Made by a program: the position numbers and the translations under genes. The notes below the pieces were generated by a model that was not told the origin of the DNA, searched no databases, and saw only the letters and a program-made list of their open reading frames with translations. From contig CM000430.1 of assembly GCA_000165345.1 (NCBI GenBank), positions 96,001-160,000 of the forward strand: DNA of 64,000 bases, read 5' to 3'. How positions within the stretch are numbered: the stretch's first letter is position 1; the number at the start of each line of letters is the position of its first letter. This document shows positions 20,383-38,631 of the stretch, in pieces.

Positions 20383-20433
20383 TACCGCCAAATAAATTCC
20401 CAATTATATAGATATTTGTTTTGCCGCCAAATG
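20383..20433. promoter_or_regulatory. Two E2F-like boxes (TACCGCCAAAT, TTGCCGCCAAATGG) in the head-to-head spacer upstream of the MPDU1-like gene
   Basis: Sequence motifs. They lie ~350 nt upstream of the ATG at 20778. Confidence 0.4.
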
Positions 20434-20777
20434 GAACATTATGTTACCCACATTAAAAAAAAAAAGTAAAATCAAATATATTGTTACATGTACTAACTGA
20501 GAAATAATTTTTTTCTAATATATATATATATATTGTATATATATATGTATATATAAAGAAAGTGAATAATAAGCTATTGACGAAGTCTAACATAAAATTA
20601 ATTGTTTGAATTTACTTTATATTTAAAAACTCTTGAAACAAGATTGAGAATTTAAACAATACATCTCTTCTTGGATTTTAATAACTGAATTATTGTATTT
20701 TAGGTATAAAAGGTACCTTAAAACTATCGAATTTAAGGCATTAATTGATAGAGTTTTTTTCTTTGAGAAATAAAAAA

Positions 20778-21479
20778 ATGAATGCATTGGAGTTAATATC
20801 CATTGATTTATTTTTTCAGTTAATCAGTTATTTAATCATTGCAGGCTCTTGTATAGTAAAAATACCGCAAATTATTAAAATATTAAACTCAAGAAGCACA
20901 CAGGGAATTAGTAGCTTTAGCATATATGTTGAGATCCTCTCATCTTGTATATACTCATTTTCAAATTGGAGATTCAATGTTCCATGGTTACTTTGGGCTG
21001 ATAGTGCATTTATAGGTATTCAAAATGCATTTATTCTCATACTATGTGTGGTATATTCACAAAATAAGAAGAAGTTTCCAATTAACCAAATCTTTTATAT
21101 TACATCCATCTCTTTATTAATTGCAGCCCTTTATCAAGATATTATTCCTGTTCAAGTTTTAAGATACCTTTCCATTTCACCTCTTATATTTGTTGTTCTC
21201 TCAAGAGTTCCTCAAATAGTTAAGTGTTATATTGAAAGCAGTACTGGTCAGCTTTCATTTATTTCATTCTTCCTCCTTACTGGAGGCTCCTGGTCAAGAG
21301 TTGCCACTGTTTTATTTAGTGAATCTAAATCAAACACAATTTTACTACTGACTAATGTAATTTCTGCCCTCCTTAACACCGTTCCTTTAATGCAGATTGT
21401 TATTTTTAAGTATTGCTCAAGTATCTCAGAGAAAAATGGAATCGAACAAAAAAGACATAGTAAGAGAAAGGTAGAATGA
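20778..21479 (+). CDS. MPDU1: MPDU1 (mannose-P-dolichol utilisation defect 1 / Lec35)-like PQ-loop protein
   Basis: The track ORF starts at TTG 20745; the first ATG is 20778. CIVKIPQIIKILNSRSTQGISSFSIYVEILSSCIYSFSNWRFNVPWLLWADSAFIGIQNAFILILCVVY aligns with human MPDU1 [69 protein letters not shown]. The second PQ loop SRVPQIVKCYIESSTGQLSFISFFLLTGGSWSRV aligns with [34 protein letters not shown]. Confidence 0.8.
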   Translation: MNALELISIDLFFQLISYLIIAGSCIVKIPQIIKILNSRSTQGISSFSIYVEILSSCIYSFSNWRFNVPWLLWADSAFIGIQNAFILILCVVYSQNKKKFPINQIFYITSISLLIAALYQDIIPVQVLRYLSISPLIFVVLSRVPQIVKCYIESSTGQLSFISFFLLTGGSWSRVATVLFSESKSNTILLLTNVISALLNTVPLMQIVIFKYCSSISEKNGIEQKRHSKRKVE

Positions 21480-21570
21480 TCTGATTTATATTAAATCTTA
21501 TTTAAATATTTGTCTTCAATTTTTTTCTAATCGTAATATCAAGAATATTTGCTTTATTATCGTGCTTATT

Positions 21571-21595
21571 ACATGCATGTTTTGGCGCCAAATGT
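21571..21595. promoter_or_regulatory. ACATGCATG + perfect palindrome TTTGGCGCCAAA (E2F-like) upstream of the MON2-like gene
   Basis: Sequence motif. A second copy, TTGGCGCCAAATTT, lies at 21926..21939. Both are within 500 nt of the ATG at 22078. Confidence 0.45.
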
Positions 21596-22077
21596 ATTTT
21601 TAAATATTATATTTGATAATATATGGGGAATGCCAGCCTAATAAAAAAAACTGATTTATTGAATCAATGAAAGATAGCTGTTGAACAAACTAATTTTATA
21701 ACCGTCAACACTTTTAAATATACTTTAGTTACTGATAAAAAAAAAATTAGTTTGGTGAGATTTACTCATGAACATTTTGTAAAATGTCTTTGTTCCTTGA
21801 ACTCTTTATAAATCATAAGAAATGGTTTGACTTTATTTAAACTTTAAATTCTCATCTGAATATTTCAACTGTCTATGATATCACATCTATCTAATCAATT
21901 AATATTTCCAATACTGAAAAAAATGTTGGCGCCAAATTTCCAATAAATATTTAGAAGATTACGGAAACAAAACAAAAGCAAATCAAAAACAGAATTATTG
22001 CTGTAATTTAATGGTATGATACAATTAAAAGAGTTCTAACTGCTTCTGGAGTTGAATTATAATAGGAGGAGGCTGTG

Positions 22078-25000
22078 ATGTATAGCTTGGAAGCAGACCT
22101 AAAGAACAAAAGTGGGCTAATCAAAAAAAACATGGGAAAAGAAGGTCAATTTGAAGCGAAATTAAGGCCTAGCTGCCCAAATATAGAAGATGAATTAAGA
22201 GCAATTTGTATACCATGCAAGAACAGTAGTCTTAATTATATTAAGGTAATGTGTGAAAAGGCCTTGCTAAGTTTTAGACATTATAGAGATGTAGTATATA
22301 AGACGGATTATGATGAGAATGGTGAAAGATTTAAACAATTTCCTGTTACTGATATATGTTCAGTTTGTAGAGAGGCCATAATAGCATCAACAAAGAACTC
22401 AGATTCAATTCAATTATCAATATTAGGTATGAACTGTATACAACAAATACTAATACCAGGGTTACTAGATACTTCTCACAAAATAACATTATTAGCAGTG
22501 CTTAACGAAGTCACAATTAAAGTTTCTACAACTATTAAAATTAAATCTAAGCAAACTTCAAGTAATTACCATAGTAATCACTCAAGTTCAAACAATGATA
22601 AAGAACAAGTACTGCTCAAAGTTATACAAACTGTACTATTATTTCTGTCTCCAGAAATACTTGAATTTAATGAAGCTATGATCACACTAATTGTTAGCAT
22701 AGTTTCGACTCTATTTAACTTATCAGGCTACTATCAATTAATTCAGATGTCACAACTTGCACTCAGACAGTTAGTAAATATTTCATTAGATTATATTGAT
22801 TCAAACACAGCTATCGAAGAAGATAATAGGGAAGTTTTAGAAGTTGTTCCTCTCTTATTAATTAAAGATATATCAGTAATGATAGATAAGAATATTGTAG
22901 AAAATGTCAAATTAGTTTCAAATAATAAAAGTTCAAAAGATAATTTAACACCACTTTCCTTATTAAAAGGAGGGATAACTATTCCATCGGAAATATGTTT
23001 GGACTTATGGTATGAAATTCTTGATAAGAATATATCTAATAGAAGATCCTTATTGGAAAACAATGAAGACTTAAGAAGCCTAATTCATAATGTACTATTT
23101 CCAACTTTAACAAAATGTATACAAAATGCATGTTCAGATTTAAATCCAAAAATGTCTCAAAATATCCACGAATTTGTTATGTTTGCAAGATTTATTAGAC
23201 TGTTTATAAGGATTTTAGAATTTAACTCGAGTAAGAAACTACAAGGTCCGTTTATTAAGGATTGTATTTGTAATTCCCTAATGAGCTTCATTCAAGCAAT
23301 TTCTGATGGAAATTACTCAAATATTCCAAGCTGGTCACTGCAATGCATTCTTGAAATGTTGAGTGAATTGGTTCAAAACTCAGATATATTGATTATAATT
23401 GGAAATTATAATGTAAAAGTACAAAATAAAAAGAAGGAAGCAGATGAAGAACCAAAAATGACTAACATCCTAGAACTTATTATTTCAACAATCAATCAAA
23501 TTCTAGTTTCTTTAAATGATCAACTTGATATTCTTCATTCAGCTGAAAACACTTTAAATTTATCGGTACCGTCATTTCTAAATGAGAAGATTTCTCTTCC
23601 TTCAATTCTTTTACCTCAACATAACAATACCAGAATTGAATGTGGTTACTTCATTATTAGTTCGTCTAAAAAAGCCTCCGAAAAAAGCATGAGACTAATT
23701 GATATTATTATGGAAGATGATCGTATTTATCATATTTCAAAATATAATTTTGGCGGGAACCTGGCAAATTTGGGGGGCGGCGCACATTTGCATGCAGGCA
23801 ATATGCAAAGTTTGTCAAATTTATCATCAGTTGTATTAATATCTCTAAAACCAATAGAAATATCGCTTCTAGTTTTTGATATTATTTTGAACATTTCAAC
23901 ATGCTTAAATAAAATTTATATGAACCAAATAAATGGTGATAGAGAAAAAACGATAGAATTTGAGAAATTAGTCTTCAATATTTGGGATCAATTTTATATA
24001 TTAATAAAGCAATGCATGGATTACTACCTTTTGAGATATTATGTATATAGAATTATTACTTTCCTATTTATGATCTCAAATTTACCAGAATTTAAAGGGA
24101 AATTGAGCAATATTTTGGAGTTAATTTTTGAAGCATTACAGAAATATTATAAGAATAATCAAATTTTAGAATCTAGAATTCTCAGTGATACAATTATGTT
24201 GGAAAAATTATTCTCAATTTATAAATGTTTTCTATCTATTTCGTATCAATTCAGCGAATGTTTGGATGAAGTTTCTTGGCAATTGTTATTTAGATATATG
24301 GAGTATATAGATCGTATATTGGACATAGGTCTGGGGCCAATGGTAAAATCTAGTGAAATAAAATCTAAATCTACGATAGATGTTGGAGATATAGAAGAAC
24401 TTGATCAAAGCTTATTGAGCCTGAAATCTGAACATTATTCATCAATTGAAAATGGGGAGTCTACTGAGATGAACAATATAAAGGATAAAGACGAAAAGGT
24501 ACGAGACGGACAAATAATTAAAACTCTTATGGCAGAATCAACTATTTTAAGAGCATCTCATCAAGTATTTCTAAAAGATCATATCAAGAATATTTCAGAA
24601 AATACTATGAATTGTGTGATTAAAGGTATTTACAAAGAACTAAGTTATAACATGTACAAAGAAAACCTGGATATTCAAGTTTTTGACTATATGCTTAAAC
24701 AATTGAGCTCTATTATTCAATCAATATACGATAAAATGAGCTATAATCTGTTCATTCCAATATGGAATGACAAAATTATTCCTCTTTTATTGGAAACTAT
24801 CAAGCAAAACAATTATTGTCACACCGGTATTGCATGCGCGCAAAACCAAGATACATGCGATTTGCAAAATTGCATGCACACTAACAATGATTATCCACAT
24901 AAAAAAAATAATGACGTGGAGCTAAATAAAAATAAGAAAATAATCAGAAATAATGTTGAAAATGTTGAAATGTTTAATAGTGTAATGAATTTTTTATCAT

Positions 25001-28000
25001 CAACAATAACAACCATTTTTCAATATGTAGATGAAGATAATTCAATATTGATGGAGAATAATGTTCAGACAAGCCTTTTGAATCCTTATTTAATCTTGAC
25101 TGGTTCATTTCCAATATATAATACTTTGTTATTGCGCTCATTATATTCCATTATGTGTTCAACAATACCAAAACTTGACGACTCTACATGGATATTAATT
25201 AATGTATTGATTAACAATATAATTCAAGAAAGATATTGTAGATATATCAAATACCTCAAGTATGAAAATTCTGAAAGTAATGAAAATATTTTTATTAATG
25301 GTTCATTATCGTTTTTGGAATCATCAACTACTGAAGGTTTAAATTGTGAAAACAATCAAATTGATAGTATAAATATTGATACAGATAATGATATTGAATT
25401 GCTTCAAGCACTATTTTCATTGATAGAGTATATTAGTAATGAATCAGAAATACGTTTTTTAGGAAATACAAATAAGATATCGTCATCTTGGAATCTACTG
25501 ATTGAATCTATTGCCGTATTTGGTCGCATAAATATTTCCATAGAAAACATGGCATTTCAAGCTGTGAGTTTACTTTGGAAATTAACAGATTTAATTGGAG
25601 CATCTCTCTCTAAAAATTCTCAGGAAGATATTGGAAATGAATCAGAAAAGGAATCTAATCAAATTTTGGTCTTTGACCAAAGAAATGTTAAGATTAATAT
25701 GAATAAGGTTAACAAAGTTTATTATTCTGATTATACTAGCATTGATATTATATGGTTGAATATTATACTTCAGTTGGAGGACTTATGTAAGGATCCACGT
25801 CAAGAAATAAGGAATTGTTCACTTAGAAGCTTATTTTCTGCATTAACAACGCATTGTAAATACATTAAGAATCAGCTACTGAAATCAATTATTGTAAGGA
25901 TACTTGAGAACGTTTTAACAGTTAGTATTGAACAGTACAACAACTCGTACAAAGAAACCAATTTTGAGAATTTACAAAGCTTTGATTCTATTTCAAAAGA
26001 TAACTGTGAAAATAAAGAAACTGCATCATTATCTTTATTAACGAAGGATTCTGTTTATTTAAATTACAATTCAATGAATTCATCTTTGGAGTTTGAAAAG
26101 ACTATTCCAGTTCCGCAAAATTATGACTCTAATTTGAATAAGGTTTGTAAAAAAGATGATTTACCGTCGTTATCTACGAGTTTTATAAGAAATTCTCAAC
26201 AAAATCAGCTTTGGGAAGGAACACTAGCTATTTCTATTGATGGAGCTTTAAGAGTAATTAAGGAATTATCCCAGAACAATGCACTGAGTGCACAAGAATC
26301 TCAGAATATATGCTATGAGTGTACAATGTTTCTATACAAAATTATATCTTCTTTGCTATCTTTTAACAATCAAGTCTATGAAAATTCTCTTGGTTTTGAA
26401 AAACATCACTCTATTATATATACAAAAGATATACAAATCACCTCAATTAAAACTTTGTATGAATTACTTGTTATTTCTATGAAAATTGGTAATAAACAAC
26501 TATGGAATTCAGGTTTTAATATTTACAAAGAAATTATTGATCGGATTATTATACAAAGTACTGAAACTTTGAAAAAATTACAAAGAGCTGAAGAATTTAT
26601 TCATAATCCAACTCGCGAGACCTGCAAAGATGATTCAATTTATAAGTTATATAATAGCTATGTTCAAAAGTTAATCAAGTTCTATTTATCTGATAAGTTA
26701 GCAGAATCTTTACTTCAGTCAGTTGTTGACTTACTTATTTTAATCAAAAATGAAGAAAATATGTCAAAATATATCATTTTTGATGAATCTTTTACTCAAT
26801 TGACAATATTATTGGATTTAATTATTTCAATCATTACTTCTACTGATACTTTTATACATCATACAGTACCATTATCCAATTTAAACTATCCAGAATTACC
26901 AGATAACTTTCAAAATAAATTTGATGAAATCACTACAAAGCAATTCATTCATCAAAGAAATAAACAAGGATTATTTCGTAATTTTTGCGAGTATTATAAA
27001 AATCAATATGAAAAAAATAATGATCATGATCAAAGCTTATCTCTAAAACCATTATTATGCTATCCTATATGGGGCAGAGACAAGGAAGATTCTACTTCAT
27101 TGCTTTTTACTCCAAAATTTGTTAACTTTGAAAAAGATCATCAAGAAGCTGCTATTGTTAATTCATGTAAAGATTCTAATCATCATGGAAGAAGTCTAAA
27201 TCGCCTGATATATATTGATTGTTATAACAACAGTGATTTTATACATAGCAATTGTTTTAAAAAAGTTGGAGATATTTCACTTTTGAAAGTATTCTATCAG
27301 AAAAGAAATAATCAATCAGATTATCAACTTGAAGAGTCTCGAGATTATAATATGGTTTATTTACTTAGAAATATTAATAATTTCGATATGTTTAGACCTG
27401 AAGCTAATTATTGTTATTATTTAGAATCCAAACAAAGTGGCTACAAAGCTATTAATCATACAATCAATCCAGAAAAAAGTCATGATACTGGTACCAAATC
27501 ATACTTATGTTCTATCAAAAATAACAATGATTATCTTTCATCCTCTATTAATGGTGAAATTAGATTTATAACAACCATACAAAATATTGGAATGGAGGCA
27601 TTACAATTTTATATGATGAGCTTATTATCATTTGATAAAGTTGATATTAGTAATTTGAAAGAAATCTCTCATCAAAATTTTTTAATACCATTAGTAATTA
27701 AAAAGCTTTTGGATACTTTGGTTATACATAGGGATTTATTTCTTGATACTAATAAAATTGGAATTTCTAGTAAAATCATATCATTACTGGTTGGATTTAA
27801 TCGAAATATTATTTTAAAAAATATGGAAATTCTTCAGTTATTAAATATTAATCAAATTCATTCAATAATTCAAATGATTATAATTTTACCATATATTTTT
27901 GAAAAGTTATTATTAATTATAGAATTAGATCAAGAAAGAATATATGGAATTTGGATGGTAGCAAAAGAAGCTATATTAGTTATTATACATGATTGGATAT

Positions 28001-29094
28001 CATTTATAAGGTTCTTAAAGATCGAATTTGAAAAAATTGATAAAAATTATTCGAATTCTATTAAAAATGATTTAAATCAAATTATTTTGGACAATATTTG
28101 GCCATTATTTATTGATATTATTGCAAATATGATCAAGGAAGAACATGGATTTGGACTTAAAGTTGTTTCAACTAATATATTCAACAAAAATTCACAAAAA
28201 ATTAATAATTATATTGAAAACTATTATTTATATTTTGATATACTATTAGTTAATATTGCTATGGATTTTATTTTTAAATTAAATGAATTTAATAGAAAAG
28301 ATGATATGATTGAAGATCTAGAGATTCTTGAATTACCTTATCAATATTACAAAACTATTATAAGTTATTTTGACGATTTTATTAATGATAATAAATTTAA
28401 AGATGGATTTGAATTAAGAAATAAATGTTATTTAGAAGAATATAAGAGTTTTAATAGTGCAGAAAATACTAATTTTGGAGTATTCAATAGAAATGGTAGT
28501 AATAATAATATGACACAAAATAATCATCAAACTTTGAATATTAATTATCAAACATTGAAGATATATATAATCGAAAAATTATTTGTTTTGTACGATCAGT
28601 TGAATATTAAATTAAGTACAATAAATAGAATGATATTAAAATTAACAATAGAACAAGATGAAAATCAATTGAATCTAGTGAGTTTAAAAGTCAAGGATTT
28701 GATTATTTGTATTGAAGAATTGGGAGACATATTAAATAGAATGACAAGTAATATGTTTAAAAGTTTTTCTATGGAAGATTTACAAAGTGGATTAAGGCCA
28801 ATGCCACATTTAAAAATTGAAGAAATGCAATCTTTATTAGTTATGATTGAGAAACATTATAAAGCATTGAGAAGATTTGAAGAAGAGAATATGGATGAAA
28901 CTAATGAGATACAAATTGAGATTTTGAAGATGAGAAAGAGATGTTTTGGGAATTATATAGAAAATGTATTACCAGAATTAATAGAATGTGTAACATGTAA
29001 AGATCAAAGTATTCGTCAAAGATTGAAGATTATTTTATCTATTTTATCAAAGGATATATCAAAAGATTATAAATCATTATTAGTCCCATATTAA
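22078..29094 (+). CDS. MON2: MON2-like (Sec7/BIG-related, GEF-less) Golgi/endosome scaffold protein, ~2338 aa
   Basis: The track ORF begins at GTG 22075; ATG is at 22078. An alternative start is the Met of NMGKEG 18 codons on. N-terminus IEDELRAICIPCKNS matches human MON2 MQSDLRALSLECKKK. The mid-region CKDPRQEIRNCSLRSLFSALTTHCKYI matches [27 protein letters not shown]. The C-terminus LPELIECVTCKDQSIRQRLKIIL matches [23 protein letters not shown]. The alignments are from memory, not a search. Confidence 0.55.
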   Translation: MYSLEADLKNKSGLIKKNMGKEGQFEAKLRPSCPNIEDELRAICIPCKNSSLNYIKVMCEKALLSFRHYRDVVYKTDYDENGERFKQFPVTDICSVCREAIIASTKNSDSIQLSILGMNCIQQILIPGLLDTSHKITLLAVLNEVTIKVSTTIKIKSKQTSSNYHSNHSSSNNDKEQVLLKVIQTVLLFLSPEILEFNEAMITLIVSIVSTLFNLSGYYQLIQMSQLALRQLVNISLDYIDSNTAIEEDNREVLEVVPLLLIKDISVMIDKNIVENVKLVSNNKSSKDNLTPLSLLKGGITIPSEICLDLWYEILDKNISNRRSLLENNEDLRSLIHNVLFPTLTKCIQNACSDLNPKMSQNIHEFVMFARFIRLFIRILEFNSSKKLQGPFIKDCICNSLMSFIQAISDGNYSNIPSWSLQCILEMLSELVQNSDILIIIGNYNVKVQNKKKEADEEPKMTNILELIISTINQILVSLNDQLDILHSAENTLNLSVPSFLNEKISLPSILLPQHNNTRIECGYFIISSSKKASEKSMRLIDIIMEDDRIYHISKYNFGGNLANLGGGAHLHAGNMQSLSNLSSVVLISLKPIEISLLVFDIILNISTCLNKIYMNQINGDREKTIEFEKLVFNIWDQFYILIKQCMDYYLLRYYVYRIITFLFMISNLPEFKGKLSNILELIFEALQKYYKNNQILESRILSDTIMLEKLFSIYKCFLSISYQFSECLDEVSWQLLFRYMEYIDRILDIGLGPMVKSSEIKSKSTIDVGDIEELDQSLLSLKSEHYSSIENGESTEMNNIKDKDEKVRDGQIIKTLMAESTILRASHQVFLKDHIKNISENTMNCVIKGIYKELSYNMYKENLDIQVFDYMLKQLSSIIQSIYDKMSYNLFIPIWNDKIIPLLLETIKQNNYCHTGIACAQNQDTCDLQNCMHTNNDYPHKKNNDVELNKNKKIIRNNVENVEMFNSVMNFLSSTITTIFQYVDEDNSILMENNVQTSLLNPYLILTGSFPIYNTLLLRSLYSIMCSTIPKLDDSTWILINVLINNIIQERYCRYIKYLKYENSESNENIFINGSLSFLESSTTEGLNCENNQIDSINIDTDNDIELLQALFSLIEYISNESEIRFLGNTNKISSSWNLLIESIAVFGRINISIENMAFQAVSLLWKLTDLIGASLSKNSQEDIGNESEKESNQILVFDQRNVKINMNKVNKVYYSDYTSIDIIWLNIILQLEDLCKDPRQEIRNCSLRSLFSALTTHCKYIKNQLLKSIIVRILENVLTVSIEQYNNSYKETNFENLQSFDSISKDNCENKETASLSLLTKDSVYLNYNSMNSSLEFEKTIPVPQNYDSNLNKVCKKDDLPSLSTSFIRNSQQNQLWEGTLAISIDGALRVIKELSQNNALSAQESQNICYECTMFLYKIISSLLSFNNQVYENSLGFEKHHSIIYTKDIQITSIKTLYELLVISMKIGNKQLWNSGFNIYKEIIDRIIIQSTETLKKLQRAEEFIHNPTRETCKDDSIYKLYNSYVQKLIKFYLSDKLAESLLQSVVDLLILIKNEENMSKYIIFDESFTQLTILLDLIISIITSTDTFIHHTVPLSNLNYPELPDNFQNKFDEITTKQFIHQRNKQGLFRNFCEYYKNQYEKNNDHDQSLSLKPLLCYPIWGRDKEDSTSLLFTPKFVNFEKDHQEAAIVNSCKDSNHHGRSLNRLIYIDCYNNSDFIHSNCFKKVGDISLLKVFYQKRNNQSDYQLEESRDYNMVYLLRNINNFDMFRPEANYCYYLESKQSGYKAINHTINPEKSHDTGTKSYLCSIKNNNDYLSSSINGEIRFITTIQNIGMEALQFYMMSLLSFDKVDISNLKEISHQNFLIPLVIKKLLDTLVIHRDLFLDTNKIGISSKIISLLVGFNRNIILKNMEILQLLNINQIHSIIQMIIILPYIFEKLLLIIELDQERIYGIWMVAKEAILVIIHDWISFIRFLKIEFEKIDKNYSNSIKNDLNQIILDNIWPLFIDIIANMIKEEHGFGLKVVSTNIFNKNSQKINNYIENYYLYFDILLVNIAMDFIFKLNEFNRKDDMIEDLEILELPYQYYKTIISYFDDFINDNKFKDGFELRNKCYLEEYKSFNSAENTNFGVFNRNGSNNNMTQNNHQTLNINYQTLKIYIIEKLFVLYDQLNIKLSTINRMILKLTIEQDENQLNLVSLKVKDLIICIEELGDILNRMTSNMFKSFSMEDLQSGLRPMPHLKIEEMQSLLVMIEKHYKALRRFEEENMDETNEIQIEILKMRKRCFGNYIENVLPELIECVTCKDQSIRQRLKIILSILSKDISKDYKSLLVPY

Positions 29095-29309
29095 AGATAA
29101 ATGATGAAGAAAATACATTAATTTGGTTGATTTTCAGATTCTTCTTTTTTCCTTTTTCTGGATTGATATTAATAATATGTTAAATAAATTTCTCATTAAA
29201 GAAAGAAAAAAAAAGTATTATAATGTTATTAACTTACCTTTCAATCCTTTTCTTCTCAATCATTCTTTTTTCTTAATAATGGAATTCAAATATTAATTAA
29301 CTTAAGGAA

Positions 29310-29954
29310 TTAAAAGGAAAAAAACGTACCCAACTCAGAAGGAAATAAATAATGTCTTATTTTCCCTTTAACATTGGATATATCAATATTATGATTATTG
29401 TTATTATTATTATTATTACTATTACTATCATCTTGAATAATATACTTGGCTCCTTTCTTTGAGGATTCAGTAAATTTGGCCCAAATAGCAAAATGATGAA
29501 ATACTATTGATCCAGCAATAGCAACATTTAATGATGCTGTTCCATTTCCATAAAGAGGAATATGAATTAAATAATCACAAAGTTTAATATATTTTTGACT
29601 AAGTCCAGTACCTTCATTACCAAGTAGAAAAGCCGTCGATCTTTTAAAAGGATGAGGATATATAGGCCTGGATTCATCACTTATTTCAATTCCAACAAGA
29701 TCCATTTCTTTTTCTTTAATAATATCAACAACTTGATCAATGTTTTCATACTGTGTTAAACTCAAATGTGGAAGAGTTCCTTTATTTCCAAAAGTCATCA
29801 ATTTCTTTTCTCCTACTACGAGTACTTCAGAGACTCCAAATCCGCATGCACTTCTAAGTAATGTTCCAAAGTTTTGTCTTTTAGAAATATTGGATAAAAC
29901 TAGATAAAATTCTGGGAGATCCTTAGGATCTTTATTTATTTTAATATCATCCAT
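29310..29954 (-). CDS. SpoU/TrmH-class (SPOUT) RNA 2'-O-ribose methyltransferase
   Basis: ATG start at 29954. Motif 1 is YLVLSNISKRQNFGTLLRSACGFG (N-x-G-x-x-x-R-s-A). Motif 2 is LLGNEGTGLS. Motif 3 is IPLYGNGTASLNVAIAGSIVFH. These are the three canonical SpoU methylase blocks. Confidence 0.6.
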   Translation of the reverse strand: MDDIKINKDPKDLPEFYLVLSNISKRQNFGTLLRSACGFGVSEVLVVGEKKLMTFGNKGTLPHLSLTQYENIDQVVDIIKEKEMDLVGIEISDESRPIYPHPFKRSTAFLLGNEGTGLSQKYIKLCDYLIHIPLYGNGTASLNVAIAGSIVFHHFAIWAKFTESSKKGAKYIIQDDSNSNNNNNNNNHNIDISNVKGKIRHYLFPSELGTFFSF

Positions 29955-30247
29955 TATAATATTAAATTTATTAATATTGGCAAAGACTTCTTTTTCTTTT
30001 TTTTTTTCCTCTCTCCCCTCTTGACTAACTCTAAATAAATATAATTATTCCTTAAGAAGCTTAACAGTCGTCGCTATATATTCCTCTCTTTTTCCAAAAA
30101 TCTTTCTTAATGTTTTATTTGAGCTGATAATATCTAAAAATTCATTAATATTAATGCAATTTTATCATTTATTTCTTTTCAACTTTATTTTCTACATCAA
30201 ATTATTAATATACAATAAATATATATATATATATATTTTTAATATCC

Positions 30248-30284
30248 GGTACCCGTGATGGCGCCGGCGGGTAAATTGGTGGGG
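30248..30284. promoter_or_regulatory. GGTACCCGTGATGGCGCCGGCGGGTAAATTGGTGGGG GC box in the head-to-head spacer between the SpoU gene and the 2231-aa gene
   Basis: This is the only GC-rich segment in a ~900-nt spacer that is otherwise (TA)n-rich. It carries GGCGCC and GGCGGG cores. Confidence 0.4.
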
Positions 30285-30861
30285 TTGACTTTGGAAACAA
30301 AATATTAAAAAGGGATCAAAGGTTTGTAAAATTAAAAAAAATAAAGAGATTTAAAGGAGGAGGAATCAAAGCCAGGAAAAATAATTATATTCAAATTGAT
30401 ATATAAATATATATATATATATATATAAATATATATGTATTTATTTATGTGTTAATATATATATGCATGTATTTTTACGGATGTGGCTATATGAGTTAGT
30501 ATTAAATCGTGGAAAAACACCAAATATTGAAGATAGAAGATAAAACTGAAAAGTAGCTTTATATTAACAGAAACTATATTTATAAAGGACTAAATTATTA
30601 CAAAAATTAACTTTATACTTGTTTTAAGATAGATGTGTTAAAACAAAATCATAAATATTAATATATATATATATATATATATTAATATATATATATATAT
30701 TTACTGTATATATATTAATATTAATATTTAATATTTTAAGCAGAGGAAAAAGAAAAAAAATAGATTATAATAAGGAATTATTAATTACTAATGTGGTAAA
30801 ACAAAACTTTTGATGAAACATTTTTTTTGATTAAAGGCTATTAAAAAAAAAATAATTAAAA

Positions 30862-37557
<6,696 letters not shown>

Positions 37558-38631
37558 AACTCTAGTAGGAGAGAGAGAGGAGAAAGGAAGAGAAAGGGAA
37601 AGAAAAGAAAAGAAAAAAGTAATGAAATTGCAAGTATTTTTGGTATTTGTTATTTTGAATACACAATCTCATATGAATTGCTTGACTTCTCTCTCAACAA
37701 CATATTAATTTCTAGTTTGATTAAGTTTAGACTATGCTAACTCTAAAGTTAAATTCAACTGAAAATATGTATATTTTTTTACGTATATATATTATATATT
37801 AATCCCTTAAATTGATTTATCTTTCTCTCATGGCACTGCATTAGTGTAAATTGCTAATATTTTGCTTTTTTAATTATATGTATTTTCATGAATATGGAAA
37901 TTTAATGTATATCAAGACATACTTCTTGAATACTCTTTTCTCCATATATCATTATTTAAATTTTTTTTTAACTATTACATTTCTAATATATCTCCACGTC
38001 ATCATTTGTATGCAATTAATTTTATTTATTCATACTTTAATTCGAGGACCATGTGTGTGCATAATTTAATAGCCCGCGTACTTTTGTATTAAATTATGTG
38101 CAAATAATATAGGAAAAAAACTATACACGATAAAAAAAAAAAGCATTAATAAGAAAAAGTCTTCTTGACTATTAGGAAGGTTTGTTTAAGATAAAAAGGA
38201 AGAAATAGGAGTTTATCTATCTTTGAAAGTGGAAAATATCAAATTAATTGATAGAAATTTGTAATTAATATTACTAAAAACTACTACTTATATTATTTTT
38301 AGCTTGGTTAGCTATTAAAAAGCTTTTTATTTGCAATAATTTAAGTGAAAAAGTACTTTTCCCTTTTTTTAATTACCAAATTTGTTTCTTAATAAGTTAT
38401 TTGTTTTTATCAAAAGGACGAGATATGAAACCAGAAACTAATATTAAAGAGGTAGGTTTAGATTTATTTTTAATACATTAAATTGGCTATTTATACGTCA
38501 TAAATGTGAATATTTATATACTAATAATTAATTTCCTTATTATTTATTTGAATTCTTGAAAACTTATTGAAAAACAGGAACAGAAACAGAATATAAATGG
38601 TAATAACTCAAATAATAGCGATAATGAATAT

